The notes under the pieces were generated by a model. It was not told the DNA's origin. It did not search any database and saw nothing but the letters and a program-made list of their open reading frames with translations. From Gracilinanus agilis (lineage: Eukaryota), in contig NC_058133.1 of assembly GCF_016433145.1 (NCBI RefSeq), positions 503,039,696 through 503,103,195 of the forward strand: 63,500 nt of DNA. The letters run 5' to 3'. The translations under genes were made by a program, and so were the position numbers. Of this stretch, positions 49,288 through 62,050 are shown piece by piece (within the stretch, counting starts at the first letter, position 1; the number at the start of each line of letters is the position of its first letter).

Positions 49288-51496
49288 CAGCCCACACGAG
49301 AGAGGGATTACGTACAATATATATGCTTTACATAATTTCCATGCATGATAAAGACTAAAGCCACCCAAAGTAGGTCCAAGTGCCACCACGATGCCCTCAA
49401 GTTCAATCATTCTCTTGTAAACGAGACCCCACTAGAAAATGTGTTTTTTCTCTGGATGTTTAAAAATATTTGGCCTTCTCAGTGACAAAATAGGGACAAG
49501 GGAATTTTGAAACACTGTGACAAATATCAAATGGAGGTGCTCTATATTCGGAGTCATCTCCAAATATTTAGAGCCCTAAAGTTTTAAAAGCACCATGAAG
49601 GATAGGACAAAGCAAGTGCTCTAGTGGCAAGGAATTAATTAGAAAATAATAGGTTAACCTGCTCCTTGTGCCTCAGGGAACCTGAGCCTGGATTTGAGTT
49701 TAGGAGGAATGAGTTCAGGGAGATCCCCATATTCCCCAGAGTGGGACCCAGCAATGGTCCTGAGCCTCCAGAGCATCCCAGGCCTGGAAGAGTTAGGGAA
49801 TTATTCCAAAGGGTCAACTGACCAATGAATACTTATTAAGCCCCTGCTATGTGTCAGGCCCAGGGCACTGACCAACCCCAACGTCCATTATACTGAAGTA
49901 ATTCTTGTGAGACTCCCTAAACAATGTCCAGCTTTTGAAAACTCATACTGAAGGGCACGAGGTTCCTCCTCCATTTTTTTCCCCAGATTTGTTTTTTCTG
50001 GTTTGCAACCTAATTTGCTCACTTTATTTAGCCTTTTAGTTGGTTCTCTAGATTCTGCTCCGCTGGATTCCACATGCTGTCACAGCTGTCTGCATATCAC
50101 CTCTGAACAACACCCTGAGAACCGTAGCCAAAAGAGAACAAAGAATAGAGATCTTCTAAGGCTGCAGGAGACCAAAATGGCGCCCTCACTTCTTGGCCCT
50201 GTTTCGTGGAGGTGATCTTTTACCAACAACATGTGCTGCATCTGTTCCATGTTTCTTAACTGGATGAGTCCAAGTCAAAAGTCTAGACAGAAAGAAATCC
50301 GAGAACAACTGCTCTGAATAGGGTCAACTTTGGCTGGGAAATGGGTGTTTTTTTCCTAAAAGCCTGAAAGTCCTTTCGGTAGCACCTGGGAGCCACTCTA
50401 ACCTCTAGTCCGCTGCCAGGAGTTCTAGGAAAATACAGGCGGCAACGGGGCCGGCCTTAGCACTCTTACAGTGATCCGTTTCCCGAGAAGTCCTGGATTG
50501 TGTTGGAGAAGAGGCATCTTAGGACTCTGGGAGGATGTGAGATGGGCAGTGGGACGGGGATGCTTCCAAAAGACAAGTGACCTAGAAACGACGCCTGGTG
50601 CGCTCCGAGTCTCCACTTAGACACTCTCACAGGGCTCCCAGAGTAAATCAGGCACATCCAACAAGATGAACGGCCAGAGAGTCAGCAGAAACGTACTAAA
50701 GAGAAAACGTCTAAGCACCATGCAGAGAGCATCGGAAACGTATTTCAAGGTTTATCTTCAGCTTAATGGGATAGAATTTCTAGGGCCCCCCGTGGCTGCC
50801 ATGGCCTCCTGCCACAGGTGGTGCCCACGGCTGGGCGCTTAGCTGGCGCTGGCAGTGTTTACACTCCACTGTTGCTCGGGGTTATTTCTGTACCTGGATG
50901 GGGGACTGAATTCAAGTTATGACCTGCTGTTAACATGATAGCAAGAACTTCTCTTAGTAATTCCCTCCATGCATCATAAGAAAGTTCTTCCTATTTCAAG
51001 GTTATGTTTTGAATACTGTTAGCAAGAATATGTCACCTCATGGGAAGATGAAAATAGGCCTTCAAGATAGCACAGGCTCTTAAAAGTTCTAGAAGGTTGT
51101 CATTAGAGATGAGAAAATAGCTTAAGGAAGGGCCCCAGGGAACCTCACGGTCCTGTCTAAGGACAAGCAAAAACTTCCTGATGGGGCAGTAAAGGTCATT
51201 CAAGAGCTTTTGCCTCCAGGATGCGTTCCCCCCTCCCCCCACACACACACCTGAGGAGGTGGCCACAATCACCGGGGAAACCGAGGTACAAGGCCACTGA
51301 TTCTTCCTTTTTCAAAGTTTAACTTGGTTCCACTTACGAATTGAAAAGGACTCACCCCCAAATGCTCTTTTCCCCACTGTGCATTCTCTTTTCCTTAGAG
51401 AATGGGAGATGGGGAATGGGCTGGTGATCACACTATCCCTGTGGATGGTCTAGATCTCCTTTGGGTAATCTGGTCCAGCCTAAGAACTCCAAAGAA

Positions 51497-51698
51497 TTTA
51501 TTTATTTTAAGCCCTTACTTTCTGTCTTAGAAGTGGTACTAAGTGTTGGTTCTAAGGGAGAAAAGCCATAAAGGCTAGGCAATGTGGGGGGGGGGGGGTT
51601 AAGTGACTTGCCCAGGGTCACACAGCTAGGAAGTGTCTGAATCTAGACTTGAACCCAGGTGTGGCTTTTTATCCACTGAGCAAGCCACCTAGCTGCCC
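51497..51698 (-). mobile_element. SINE1-like in the probable ORAI2 3' UTR (sense to ORAI2)
   Basis: gcccttactttctgtcttaga...gtgacttgcccagggtcacacagctaggaag...ctagctgccc. Confidence 0.8.
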
Positions 51699-53160
51699 TG
51701 GATTTTTTATTTTATTTTTTTTTTTTTAATTTATAATGGAATGAAACACTAAATTTCATTTGGAGGTTAGTGAAAACAGAGATGTCATTTCTTCTCCAAG
51801 TTCAACTCCTAAAGCCTACCCAGGGTCCTATAAGGGGTCTGGGTATTCCAGGTTAAGAACTCTGTTTAAGGTCATCATGCTTTGACATAATCACAGAAGA
51901 GGTCACTTGGTGAGCCTCGATGTCAACCCTTTCACTTTTCAGAAAGTAGAAACCAGGGCCTGGGCCTTCAGGAGATGCTTCAAGGGTTCAAACTGGGTAG
52001 TAAAGCCAATCAGGGCCTGAGCAAGGGCTGGTGAGCCATTGATGGCGAAGAAGGGATGAAGCTAGCCCTGAGTCTGGAGCCCATTAAAACATTCACCCAG
52101 ATCAGCCTCAAGTTCTTAAATGAGAGCAATTCAAAATGTTAGCTCCGCTGAAGAGTGAGAAGGGGAGAGCCCGGTCAGGTAGACAGCAAATCTACGTCTC
52201 AGTGGCCTCAGAGGACTTTCCTTCTGACTCTGAGTGCAGTTTTCTTGTCAAACGAGATGTCTTCCAGTGGCTCGTCTTCCCCAGAGCCAGGGAAACGAAT
52301 GCTTTGGCCAAGGTGATCTGCAAATGCCACAGGGCAGCAGTGGGCTACAAGTCCAGGAGAGAGCAGGACATGCCACGGAGCATGGGGTAAAAGGAAAAAT
52401 CCTTTGGCAGCTTTGGTGAGTCCCAGGGAATGAGCCTCCCATCCCTCACCACAGACTCGTGGGCAAGAGAGCAGATGGCAGATGCGCATCCCCAGGTGGC
52501 TGACACTGCTCGCTCTCGGAGCCCATCTCCTCGGTCTCCTGGAGAAGACGACTCCTCTAAGGGCTCAGAACAAATCCTCAGTGTCCTCCCTCCCTCCCTC
52601 CCTCCCTCCCTTCTTCCCTCCCTGTGAAGTAGAGGCTACAGCAAGAGGCAAGGACAGGAGGCTCAGCTCCAGGCCCTGTCCTGAACCAATCCTGGGCTCT
52701 CTTGCATTGGATCCATAGGGAAAGGGGCAAGTGTCCAGCTGCTTCCACGTTGAGCCACTCTTTAAAAACCAGGGCACCTCGCTGAGGTTCAGGAAGGCTC
52801 TCGCCTCCGGGCATCCCCATTAAGCCTAGGGGGGGCGGTTCTCTTCACCTCCTAGAACGGTTTACTTTTGTTAGACGGTAAGGGAGAGGGAAACCCTCTT
52901 GGCCACGGTTTCTTATTTTAAAACATTTCTGCGATCTCAAGGATAATGTCCCACAGAGTATCACATAGAACATTTTGGTCTGGAACGATTTGGCAGTGTC
53001 TAAGCAGCCTCAGAGAAACAGGAATTAACAATCTGGATTTTTAAAATTCTGAAAAACTCAAGGGACTCTTGCTGTCCTGTGAACCAGATGTCTGTTTTAT
53101 TTCCAGCTCTTCTGCCCTTGACAGAGGTGACCCCCGCCTCCCCCCCATGTGTCCGGCTAC

Positions 53161-53706
53161 TCACACGACCTGCAGGCTCCTCTCGTGGCCGTCCAATTGG
53201 ACTTTCAGTTTGTGGAGCTCCTCGATCTCACGGTTGTGCCGCTCCGTCTTGTGCCGCACCAGGGAGCGGTAGAAGTGGATGGTGAACACCACGAAGATGA
53301 GGCCCACGGGCACCATGATGATGGTGGACACCAGTGCGGCCTGCCAGCCCGTGTGGCTGGTCGGCCCCAGCTTGGCGCTGGGCCCATCCTTGGTGATGGA
53401 GTCCACAGGGAGGAACTTGATCCAGCACAGAAGCACGACCTCCGCCAGGAAGAGGAGGATGCCCNNNNNNNNNNNNNNNNNNNNNNNNNNNNNNNNNNNN
53501 NNNNNNNNNNNNNNNNNNNNNNNNNNNNNNNNNNNNNNNNNNNNNNNNNNNNNNNNNNNNNNNNNNNNNNNNNNNNNNNNNNNNNNNNNNNNNNNNNNNN
53601 NNNNNNNNNNNNNNNNNNNNNNNNNNNNNNNNNNNNNNNNNNNNNNNNNNNNNNNNNNNNGCGGGTACTGGTACTGCATCTCCAGCTGCACCTCCACCAT
53701 GGCCAC
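53161..53706 (-). CDS. ORAI2: ORAI2 last coding exon
   Basis: cag|GTG...TGA, 546 nt including 196 N. Confidence 0.95.
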   Translation of the reverse strand: MAMVEVQLEMQYQYPXXXXXXXXXXXXXXXXXXXXXXXXXXXXXXXXXXXXXXXXXXXXXXXXXXXXXXXXXXXXXXXXXXGILLFLAEVVLLCWIKFLPVDSITKDGPSAKLGPTSHTGWQAALVSTIIMVPVGLIFVVFTIHFYRSLVRHKTERHNREIEELHKLKVQLDGHERSLQVV

Positions 53707-56700
53707 CTGCAAGACACAAGGGGGCAGCGGGGGTGAGCCGGGGGCAGCCCTGCTCGGGACAGCGAGCTTAATGACCAACGAGCGCCCCCAGTCCTCGCTG
53801 CCGGCCTAGCACGGGCTGAGGGCAGCATTCTCAGGAGCACACGCTGGCCACAAGGCCGCGGCTCGGAATCGTGCAGGCCCTTTGGCCGTCAGCACGCCTC
53901 CCTCCCCAAAGGCAGCTTTGAGTCCTCCAAACCGCCGGCTTCTGGCACATAAGTGACAATTAGGAGCGGCTGCCCTGGGCCGTCCGCATGAGGAGTCCCA
54001 CGGCTAGAGAGGGAGACTTCAGGACAAGCAGCAGCGGCAATCGGGGATTCTAGGCCAAGTGGTGGCCCGGAGAGGCCTCACTCAGACCCGCCCCTCCAGC
54101 AGCCGTGCGCGTGCACACGTGCACAAGTCAGGCTTCTTAAACAGTCCGCACTCTCCATCCCATGGTAGGAAGGGGCAGCCCCTTCTGCAGGGAGCAACGT
54201 GGCAGGAGGCACGGGCAGCTGGGGCTTCCTGCTCCGCCTTGGACACGGGGCTGCAAAGCCCTTTTCCCAGCCTTCCCAGAAGCCTATAGAAGTATTTACT
54301 AAGGGAGAGCCCCTGCCTGCCATCTCCCCATTTCACAAAGGGGGAATTCACCAACCCCCTGAGAAATCCCTGAGGCACAGGAAGGTGAGCACACGTCCCC
54401 ATGTCCAAGGCAGAAGATGCCACTACCTCATGCAATGACTACCTTCACACGGGAGGGGGCGGAGGGGGGGAGGGTCTTTGTCCTGGCCTCAGGAGATACC
54501 TGGCCCAGACAGAGAGGACCTGGAGGTCACAGCAGACCACAAGCTGCAGACAAGTCAGCGGCACAAAGAGGCTACAAAAACCTGAACTACCTATGAGATG
54601 GGCCGCAAGCCTCCAGGCCCAAGTCGCCCCTCTCCTTTCCCTTCGTGACTCGATCCCTCCTGGACAAGCTCTGCTCCATCCAGGGCACCTTATTTTCAAA
54701 GGGGAGAGGCAGAAAAGATGCGGAGCCCCTTGGCAAAGGCATTAAGGGGATGGAGAATGGGCCATGTGTGGAGAAGCTAAAGGTGTTCTGGTTCGGGTCA
54801 TTCAGAAAGCGCTTTGGTCTCGAGGGAAATGGGGGGGGGGTCTATGCTGAGACTCCAATCACCGGCTCTCCGAGGCAGCAGAGGGCCTGGCAGGAAGACT
54901 CGGCTTCAGGGAGGCCCAAGATGTCGTCGCCACCAGAACAGAGACTAGGAGAGGCCGTGTGGCTCCAGCCCCGGAAATCTTTAGAGCAAAACGGGCTTCT
55001 GTAGAGCCAAGACGGGAAGGGGCCCGCCGGCCTCCAGACTCTTCTCCGCCACAACCTGCCATCGTCCTTTTTCTATGCTAACTTTTGCTGCTCTCTTCAA
55101 GAGCATCAACAATTACTCGATCTGACTAATAACTTCTCAGTCTTCGTCCTCTCTAAACAGACCGACCAAGGGGCAAGATTAAGCACCTCCTGTGTGCCAA
55201 GCACAGAGAACCCATCTCTCCTCACAATGAACTTTGATGGAGTATTTATCTCGACTGCAATAAGAGACAATTTTATAGAGAATATAAAGCACACGCGTGT
55301 ACACACGTGACAGATCAATAGCCAGATATGGTGCTCTGGGCCCCAGAAGTTGGGGAGGCTTCCTGCAGAAGGAAAAGAGGGACACTGTGACATGGAGAGC
55401 GGGAGGGAAGGCCTTCTGGCCTGGAAGATTCTGTTTGATCCCCAGCGCCCTGGAGATCCATGGAAGTTGGCTGAGTGCAGGAGTCACCCGGTCAGGTCTG
55501 TGTCTGAGGGAAATGATTTTGGAAGCAGTGGGGGATGGCCTGGAGTGGGGAGGCCCACGAGGAGGCAGCTACAGTCATCCAAGCGAGAGGTGATGAGGCC
55601 GAAGCTCTGGGGGAGGAGAGGAGTCAGGGCCAGAGGCGTGGATCTCAGAGATGTCCAACCTCAGGGCCTGGGGACGGTGATGCTTTTTAAAGAAACAGAG
55701 AAGCGTGGACTCAGGGACGGTTTGAGGGGAAATGATGAGTTCAGTGTTAATCACGACAAGTTAGTAATGCCCCTGAGGCCTGGGTCGGACTGGAAGTGCC
55801 CAACAGGCAACTGGTGAGGGCTAGATGTGGGCAGATGAAGGTTAAAGCTACGGGAGCTGCTGACACCCTGAGAGTACGGAGGGCACAGGAAAGAACGATG
55901 GGAGACTCTGGAAGTACCTGACATCTGTCCTGTCCTCCCATCCCACCTCCCCATGACAACCCCTCCCAAGTGTCCCTCGTCCCCAGCCTAGCTGAGGCGA
56001 GCCATCGGGTGCTCCATCCCTGGAGCTGGAACAGGCTGGGTCCACAGTAGCAGCTGCCCTGCCTCAGGGTACAGAGCCCCCTTTCTGAGGCCTAGGAGAG
56101 CAGTGGCTGGAAGCCCCTGCTTAAGTCTTGGTTCTTCGGAGACTAACTTGTGAGTCCTTAGTCAAGTCCCTTCTCCACTCTGGCCTCAGTCTCCCCGTCT
56201 CTAAAACGACTGGATGAGCCTTGATGGCCCCTAAGGTCCTTTCCATTCTCAATCGAATGATCCTGTGACCTTCTCTCCATCAGCTGAGCCCTCCTCCAAG
56301 CTGTCCTTTCTGCTGGGGACCCCCATCCTCAAAGTCAAGAGTCCCCCCTGCCCCCCGGGCTCTTTCCTCCCTCTTGTCCCCTTCATCTATCAGTGGCCAA
56401 GTTTCATCAGTTCTCTCTCCATTTCTTTCATTTCTCCTCTTCGCCACTCAGAATCAGTTCAGTTCAAGGCTCCCAGCCCCCACCTCCCACCTGGAATGCT
56501 TCGTGGGCCTCCTAATCAGGGCTCCCCTTCCAGGCTCTCCCTTCTACCTACCTACAAACATCACCATCCTACGGCACAGGTTCAGTGCTCGGTGGTCCCC
56601 CCCCCCCCCCCTCCGTGTCCTCTGGGATAAACTATGAACTAAATCCCCCGCCAGACACTGACGGAGGCCCTCACAGCCTGGTTCCCACCTCCCACCCCAG

Positions 56701-58555
56701 GTTCATACTGCCACATCCAGTATTCCTCAAGCACACTGCTCCCTCCATCTCCCACCTCCGTGCTTTTGCCCAGGCTGTCTTCTCATGTCTGGAATGCCTT
56801 CATTCCTCTCATAAGCCTTGTTTTCTGAGGCTGCCCTTCCCCAAATGATGTCCTGCTTTCTCGTCTGTGGCTATGGGTCACAGCATCCCCAGAGGACCAC
56901 TCTGGGCTACTGAGTCCCAACCCTTCACTGGACTGAGAGCACGAGGGGCTGGAGGTGAGGGTCCTGTCCAGGGCTGTGGAGGCCAGATGCCGACTCCAGC
57001 TCTGGCTGTGTGGCCCTAAGGTCACCCCAGCAGGATGTTCCCGCACCCCACCCCCCACGTGGGGCCAGCGGTCTGCACACAGCAGGGCTTTCACGAACGG
57101 GAGCTGACTGTATGTGAGAGCTACGCCTGGGCCTCATCTCTCCAGGAGTCATCCTGAGTCTGTAACCTCCTAAACCACTCAGAGTTGAGGCCTTTTCTCT
57201 TCTGCTCCTCCACTTGGCTGGGCATCCTGTGAGCTGGGAAAACAACATTCCTCAGCCTCCAGTCTTTTGCAGATCCAGAACGTAAGGAATTTCCAGGCCC
57301 CGGGACTTGGTTAAATGGAAAGCTTTTGGCTGGATTTCTTCAAAAACTGCCGGGTAAATCTGGGTATCTGACACTCGTTGGGAGTCAGCTTTTCGGCCCC
57401 TTAACGATGCCCTTCCGAGATATCAGAAGAGCAGCTGACTCTGCCTTCCACACTAGCCATGCTCCCTCCTCTAGGTGCCTCGTGGGTATGGCTCTGGGTA
57501 CAGCCTGTCATCTCCCCAGTGGAACAGAAACAGAAGGGCTTTCAGAAAGTGGGATTTGCTCCGTTTTTGCCTTTTTATCCATCCCCAGCCCCCAGCACAG
57601 TGCCTGGCACACAGTAGGTGTGCCCTTCAGGCCTGCTGGTCTGAGCTGAACTTTCTGATGGCTCCATCCCTCTGCTGAGGCATCCTCCGTGTCTAACATC
57701 ACTGGGGCCACTCTGGGGCAGCACAACCGGCCCACAGCTCCCAGGCCAATCTTTCACCTCACAGCACAGGATTGACTCTGGTCTGGCAGAAGCCGGGCCT
57801 TCTGGGGAGAGTTAAGTTTTGTGCCCTGGACCCCTCCCTCCCCAGGAAACCGTCACAGACCTGACAGCAGCTAGTTCTCAGGGCTGGAAGGGATGCGAAC
57901 GAGAGCACTTGGGGGTAAGGACCTCTGAGGCTGGGGATCCCCCTTTCACTCCTTCCTCAGTTTCTCCAGCTACAAAATGGGCATAAGCCTTGACCCACTA
58001 CCTCAGTGGGCTGCAATGAGAACCAAACAGAAGGATGCATGTGAAAGTCCTCAGTAAAACGTAAAGCCTCCGACATCAAGCGTTTCTCCCAGCACACAGC
58101 ATGCAATTCATCCAGCCCCTAATGGGCTAACTCGCATGTGTGGTCCAGAAAGGCTCCTGGGAACTGTGATCTGGGCCTCAGCAGGAACCTCAACCCACGC
58201 CTCCTCGGAAGAAGTCAGAGGCGGCTTCCTGGTTGCCCCCGCCTCGAGGAGGCACCAAAGGACCCCGGCAAACACAACAAAGTCCTGCTGCCAATATCTC
58301 CCCATCCCAAGAGAGCAGGGAAAAACTCACCATGGCGAATCCAGACAACAAGGCAGACGTCCGGCTGGAAGCTTTGAGCTTGGCCCTGCTCAGGTAAAGC
58401 TTCCTCCAAGAAAGGGCTTGAACTGAATGATGATTAGAAGTGACCAACTCCAGGTAGCTTCGACGAACCCAGTCCCGATAATCCATCCCTTTATTACCTG
58501 GTTCGGAGCAAGCAGGCGGGGAAGGGTCCACGGGGACATTGAGCTCTGCACTCAT
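53161..58555 (-). CDS. ORAI2: Calcium release-activated calcium channel protein ORAI2 (about 256 aa), 2 coding exons; part of the last exon falls in an N gap
   Basis: Exons 58555-58331 ([11 protein letters not shown]...SALLSGFAM) and 53706-53161 (VAMVEVQL...[gap]...[10 protein letters not shown]...HERSLQVV*); pore glutamate in VAMVEVQ present. Confidence 0.97.
53465..53660. other. Assembly gap (196 N) inside ORAI2 CDS
   Basis: N run; reading frame preserved across it. Confidence 1.
58331..58555 (-). CDS. ORAI2: ORAI2 first coding exon (acceptor at 58568, 13 nt of leader before ATG)
   Basis: aag|ccttgcttccatcATG...ATG|gtgagt, 225 coding nt. Confidence 0.96.
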
Positions 58556-59614
58556 GATGGAAGCAAGGCTTGGGGGAAAAAAATAAGAGAAAACCTATGT
58601 TCCGAGGGGGGCCAAAGACATCGGACAAGCCAACGACAAAAGCGAGTAAACACGTTTCAGAGCTCATTTTGTGCGGCAGAGCCAGTCAGCTCTAGAACTC
58701 TGTGGTGGCAAAATGATCTGATAAGCAGACAGCGGAAAAGGAGGAAAAAAGCAACTCTTTCCTAATAGCAATGCGTGTTTGCAGAATTCTTTATGGGGCA
58801 GGAAGTAAAGCTGTGGTCATCCCCATTTTAGAGATGAAGAGATGAAGAAACTGAGAAGGGAGGCTAAGGGGCTGCTCCCGAGGCTTGCCAGCCTGTAGGG
58901 CACAGCAGAGTCGGGATCTGAAGACTGAGGCCTCCCCCTCCTGGGCCCTTCCCCTCACATCCAGCTGCCCAATTGCTGCCCAGTTTCATGTTAGGAGGTG
59001 GGAGGCCAGCCTCAGCTTGGAATGCAAGAAGATGAAGGCCCAGCCCACACGGCAGCCCCCGTCCCACTGAATTCAGCTGGTGGCTTTCCTGGCAGAGGCC
59101 TGCCTTGTGCTCCTGCACCTGCCTTACAATACCTGTAAAGCTTCCAAACAGCGTGTGAGTACACAGATGGAATAGGAAGATTAGCTAAAAATGCCTTGAA
59201 CTCTCCCCAAGGAAGGAATCGTTCCAGCAGCACCTAAACCCTAATCTAACCCTCTGCACCTGTCTACACTGGAGAATTTCAGGGAACACCCACGACCGCT
59301 GAGGCTTCCTAGGCCACACTTTCACATATCTCTGCAGACAAAAATCTCGAGTCCTTTTTCAGTGTCTGAACCAACCGCCTCAAGGCAGGCAGGAGAAACC
59401 GTATTTCCGCAGTGGCAGATGACCGTCTTAGCTACATAAAGATTCCCCCTGTGGTATTTTACAATGAAAATGGCTTTCTATCAAGCTTAGGGTTAAGTCA
59501 TCATATTTCACAGACTTCAAAAAAGGTTGTCACTCCAAATAACCCAAAGCTATTAGCAGGTCTCCATAGAAACAGTTCAAAATGTCTTCTGGAACTGGAG
59601 CCTGGGGAGAGGGA

Positions 59615-59810
59615 TTGTGGCTGTTCAGTCATGCCTGACTCTAAGACCCCATTTGGGGTTTTCTTGGCAAAGATACTGGAGTGGTTTGCCATGTGCTTCT
59701 CTAGCTCATCTGACAGATGAGGAAACTGAGGCAGAGTGAAGTGACTTGTCCAGGGTCACACACAGCTACTAAGTATCTGAAGCCAAGTTTGAACTCGGGT
59801 CTTCCTGACC
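59615..59810 (-). mobile_element. Mar1-like CORE-SINE
   Basis: ttcagtcatgcctgactc...ccccatttggggttttcttggcaaagatactggagtggtttgccat...gaggaaactgaggc. Confidence 0.75.
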
Positions 59811-61814
59811 CACCATACCCAGGTGGAGGGATGGGTACCAACTGTGAATTTGGCTTTGAAGACTGGAGCTACAAATAAGAGGATGTGGTCTGTGAAGTCT
59901 TGTCAATCAGAGCCTTCATCTCTAGCCAATCCAACACAGGTTTCAGGGAAACGGGAATTCTACGGGTCAGGATATGTCTACACACAACAAAGGGGCCAAG
60001 TCTGTGCAGACCACTGGCTAGAATGCAGCCCTCCCCCATGTAGGGCGGCAGCCTCAAGGTCACTGGCAAGGTGCTGCCAGCAGGCTTGGCACAAGAGGCC
60101 GACCCACAACACACAGCCTATGGGCAAAGGCTGCTTAGGGCTCTGCCTAACAAGCCAATCCGGGGTTCTGGAGCCCGGGGAGCTGAGCAGGGTGAAGGGG
60201 GGGGGGGAGGAGGCGGCATCCTACCAGCAGGCACGGCTTTGCCCCTTTCTGCCTAGAACTTTGAAACTTCTCCGGAGAGTTTCAGGAAGAGTTTGTTGGG
60301 GCTGATCTTACAGCGCTTCGTGGCCTACAAAACTCCCAGGGAAAAACTCGGGCTCTTTCCAACCGGGTTTGAGAGATTCCTGGCGTCCCCTCCCCGCCCC
60401 CTCCCTCCGTGCTTGGTCAATTCCAGGTAACTGACACTCCCCGGGAACAGCATCTGCTCCGCCATTCGACATACTTCCTTGGGGAGGATTCAGGGGAAAT
60501 AACCCCACCTAACCATTGGCTAGCTCTGGGGAATCTGGTAACTTCCTAATTAGGCACTGCCGGGTTCTTCAGGTGGCTCTCCTTCCCCAGCGTGGCCGGT
60601 GGCCGATCTGGCCCCATTTTATCGGACTGTAAGGTGGGAGGAAAATGCAAAGAGATGCGGAATAGGCAAGAAGGCCGGGGGATTAAACTGCTTTGGAGGG
60701 GGCGGGTTTGTGGGTTGACAGTCAAGACAGCAAATAGGATTAACAATAGGGCCTGGGCAGGTTGCCCCATCCCCCAGCCCCCTCTTCACTTTCACTCCGC
60801 GAGCTCCCGTGGAATAACGCCACACACGCATCCCTCCCCAATCCCGGCTTCTGCCCGCAGCCCCCTTACAACCTCGCCGCGGCAGGGATAGGCCAATGCC
60901 GAGCATCTCCCGCGAGGGCTCCGCGGGGATCTGGTAGCAGGAACCTTTCCCGGCGGGAGACACCGCCGTACTGCGGGTACAAGGGTACCAGAACCGCAGT
61001 AGCGATTTCCCCTGAGACGCTCAACAGCCCGTGGGTGGGCATCCAGACAAGAGGGGGGAGGGGGGGCGTCTCCAGCAGATCCTTCCCCAAGAAACCTGCA
61101 TTCACCGGCTACACACACGTACCCCCTTCCGTAAGAAGAGCGGCATCCCTGCACCCCGCACAGACACCGAGCCACCCCCGGGGATCCTCCGGGAAGTGCA
61201 TCCACGAGAGAGATGACCCTCCCCCCCCACACACACACATACACACCTATCTTTCTGCAGAACCGGCGGCCACGGACCACACACATAATCAGTCAAGTAT
61301 CCCTCCAGAAGTGCATCCATGAGAGATGACCGCAGGCGCACACACACCCGGAGAGCCTTCCCAGACAGATGACTGCACACACACACACACACGCACGCAC
61401 ACGCCAAGCGCATCCATGAACTACACCCCCAAACGATGCCTGGCCACGCGAAGGCGTGTGCGCACACCCCCTCCCCCAGCCCACGCCTCGATGTAGACCT
61501 GCACGTGGAGCCCCAGCTGGCCTCCGACCCCCAGCCGCCAGGCTCCCCGAGCGGACTCTGCGCCCCGAACGCTCCCAAGCCGGCGACCCCGCGCGCCTAC
61601 GACTCCCCAGGGGGAATTCTTCCCCGGCCCGCCCGAGTCCCCCTCCTCTGGCCGGGCTTCCGGGACTGCCTTCCATCCTGGAAGAGGCTTCCCGTGTGTG
61701 CCTAGAGGGGTCCGAAAGGCTCCACATCTCAGCGGGGGGTTCTCCGGCCCCTCCCCACGTCCTTCCCGCACAGGCACGTGACAGCCCCCCCCCGCGCGCG
61801 CCCCCAGTACTCAC

Positions 61815-62050
61815 CGAGCGGCCGCCCCGCCCTCGGCTCTGGCTCGCTGCAGGCGGCGGCGGCGGCGGTGGCAGCGGCAGCCGGGGCGCGCCTCTCCTCT
61901 CTCCTTTCCTCTCCTCTCTTCTCCCTCCCTCCTTCCTCCACCTCCTCCTCCTCCTCCTCCTCCTCCTCCTCCTCCTCCTCCTCCCCCCGGTCTCCCTCCC
62001 GCTCCCGCCGCCTCCGCCCAAGCCTCCCTCACCTCCCCCGCCCCCGACGC
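61815..62050 (-). other. ORAI2: Putative ORAI2 leader exon 1 (5' end uncertain)
   Basis: Consensus donor CG|gtgagt at 61814 inside a CpG island upstream of the ATG exon; contains (GGA)14 and (CCG)n on the sense strand. Confidence 0.65.
61891..61988. repeat. Polypyrimidine tract with (CCT)14 at 61941-61982
   Basis: 98 nt of C/T with a single A. Confidence 0.95.

Noticed and set aside
60870-60930. Candidate 61-nt extra ORAI2 leader exon (cag|...|gtaagg on minus)
   Set aside because: Splice signals are only moderate and cannot be validated here; noted because inclusion would break the in-frame extension hypothesis.
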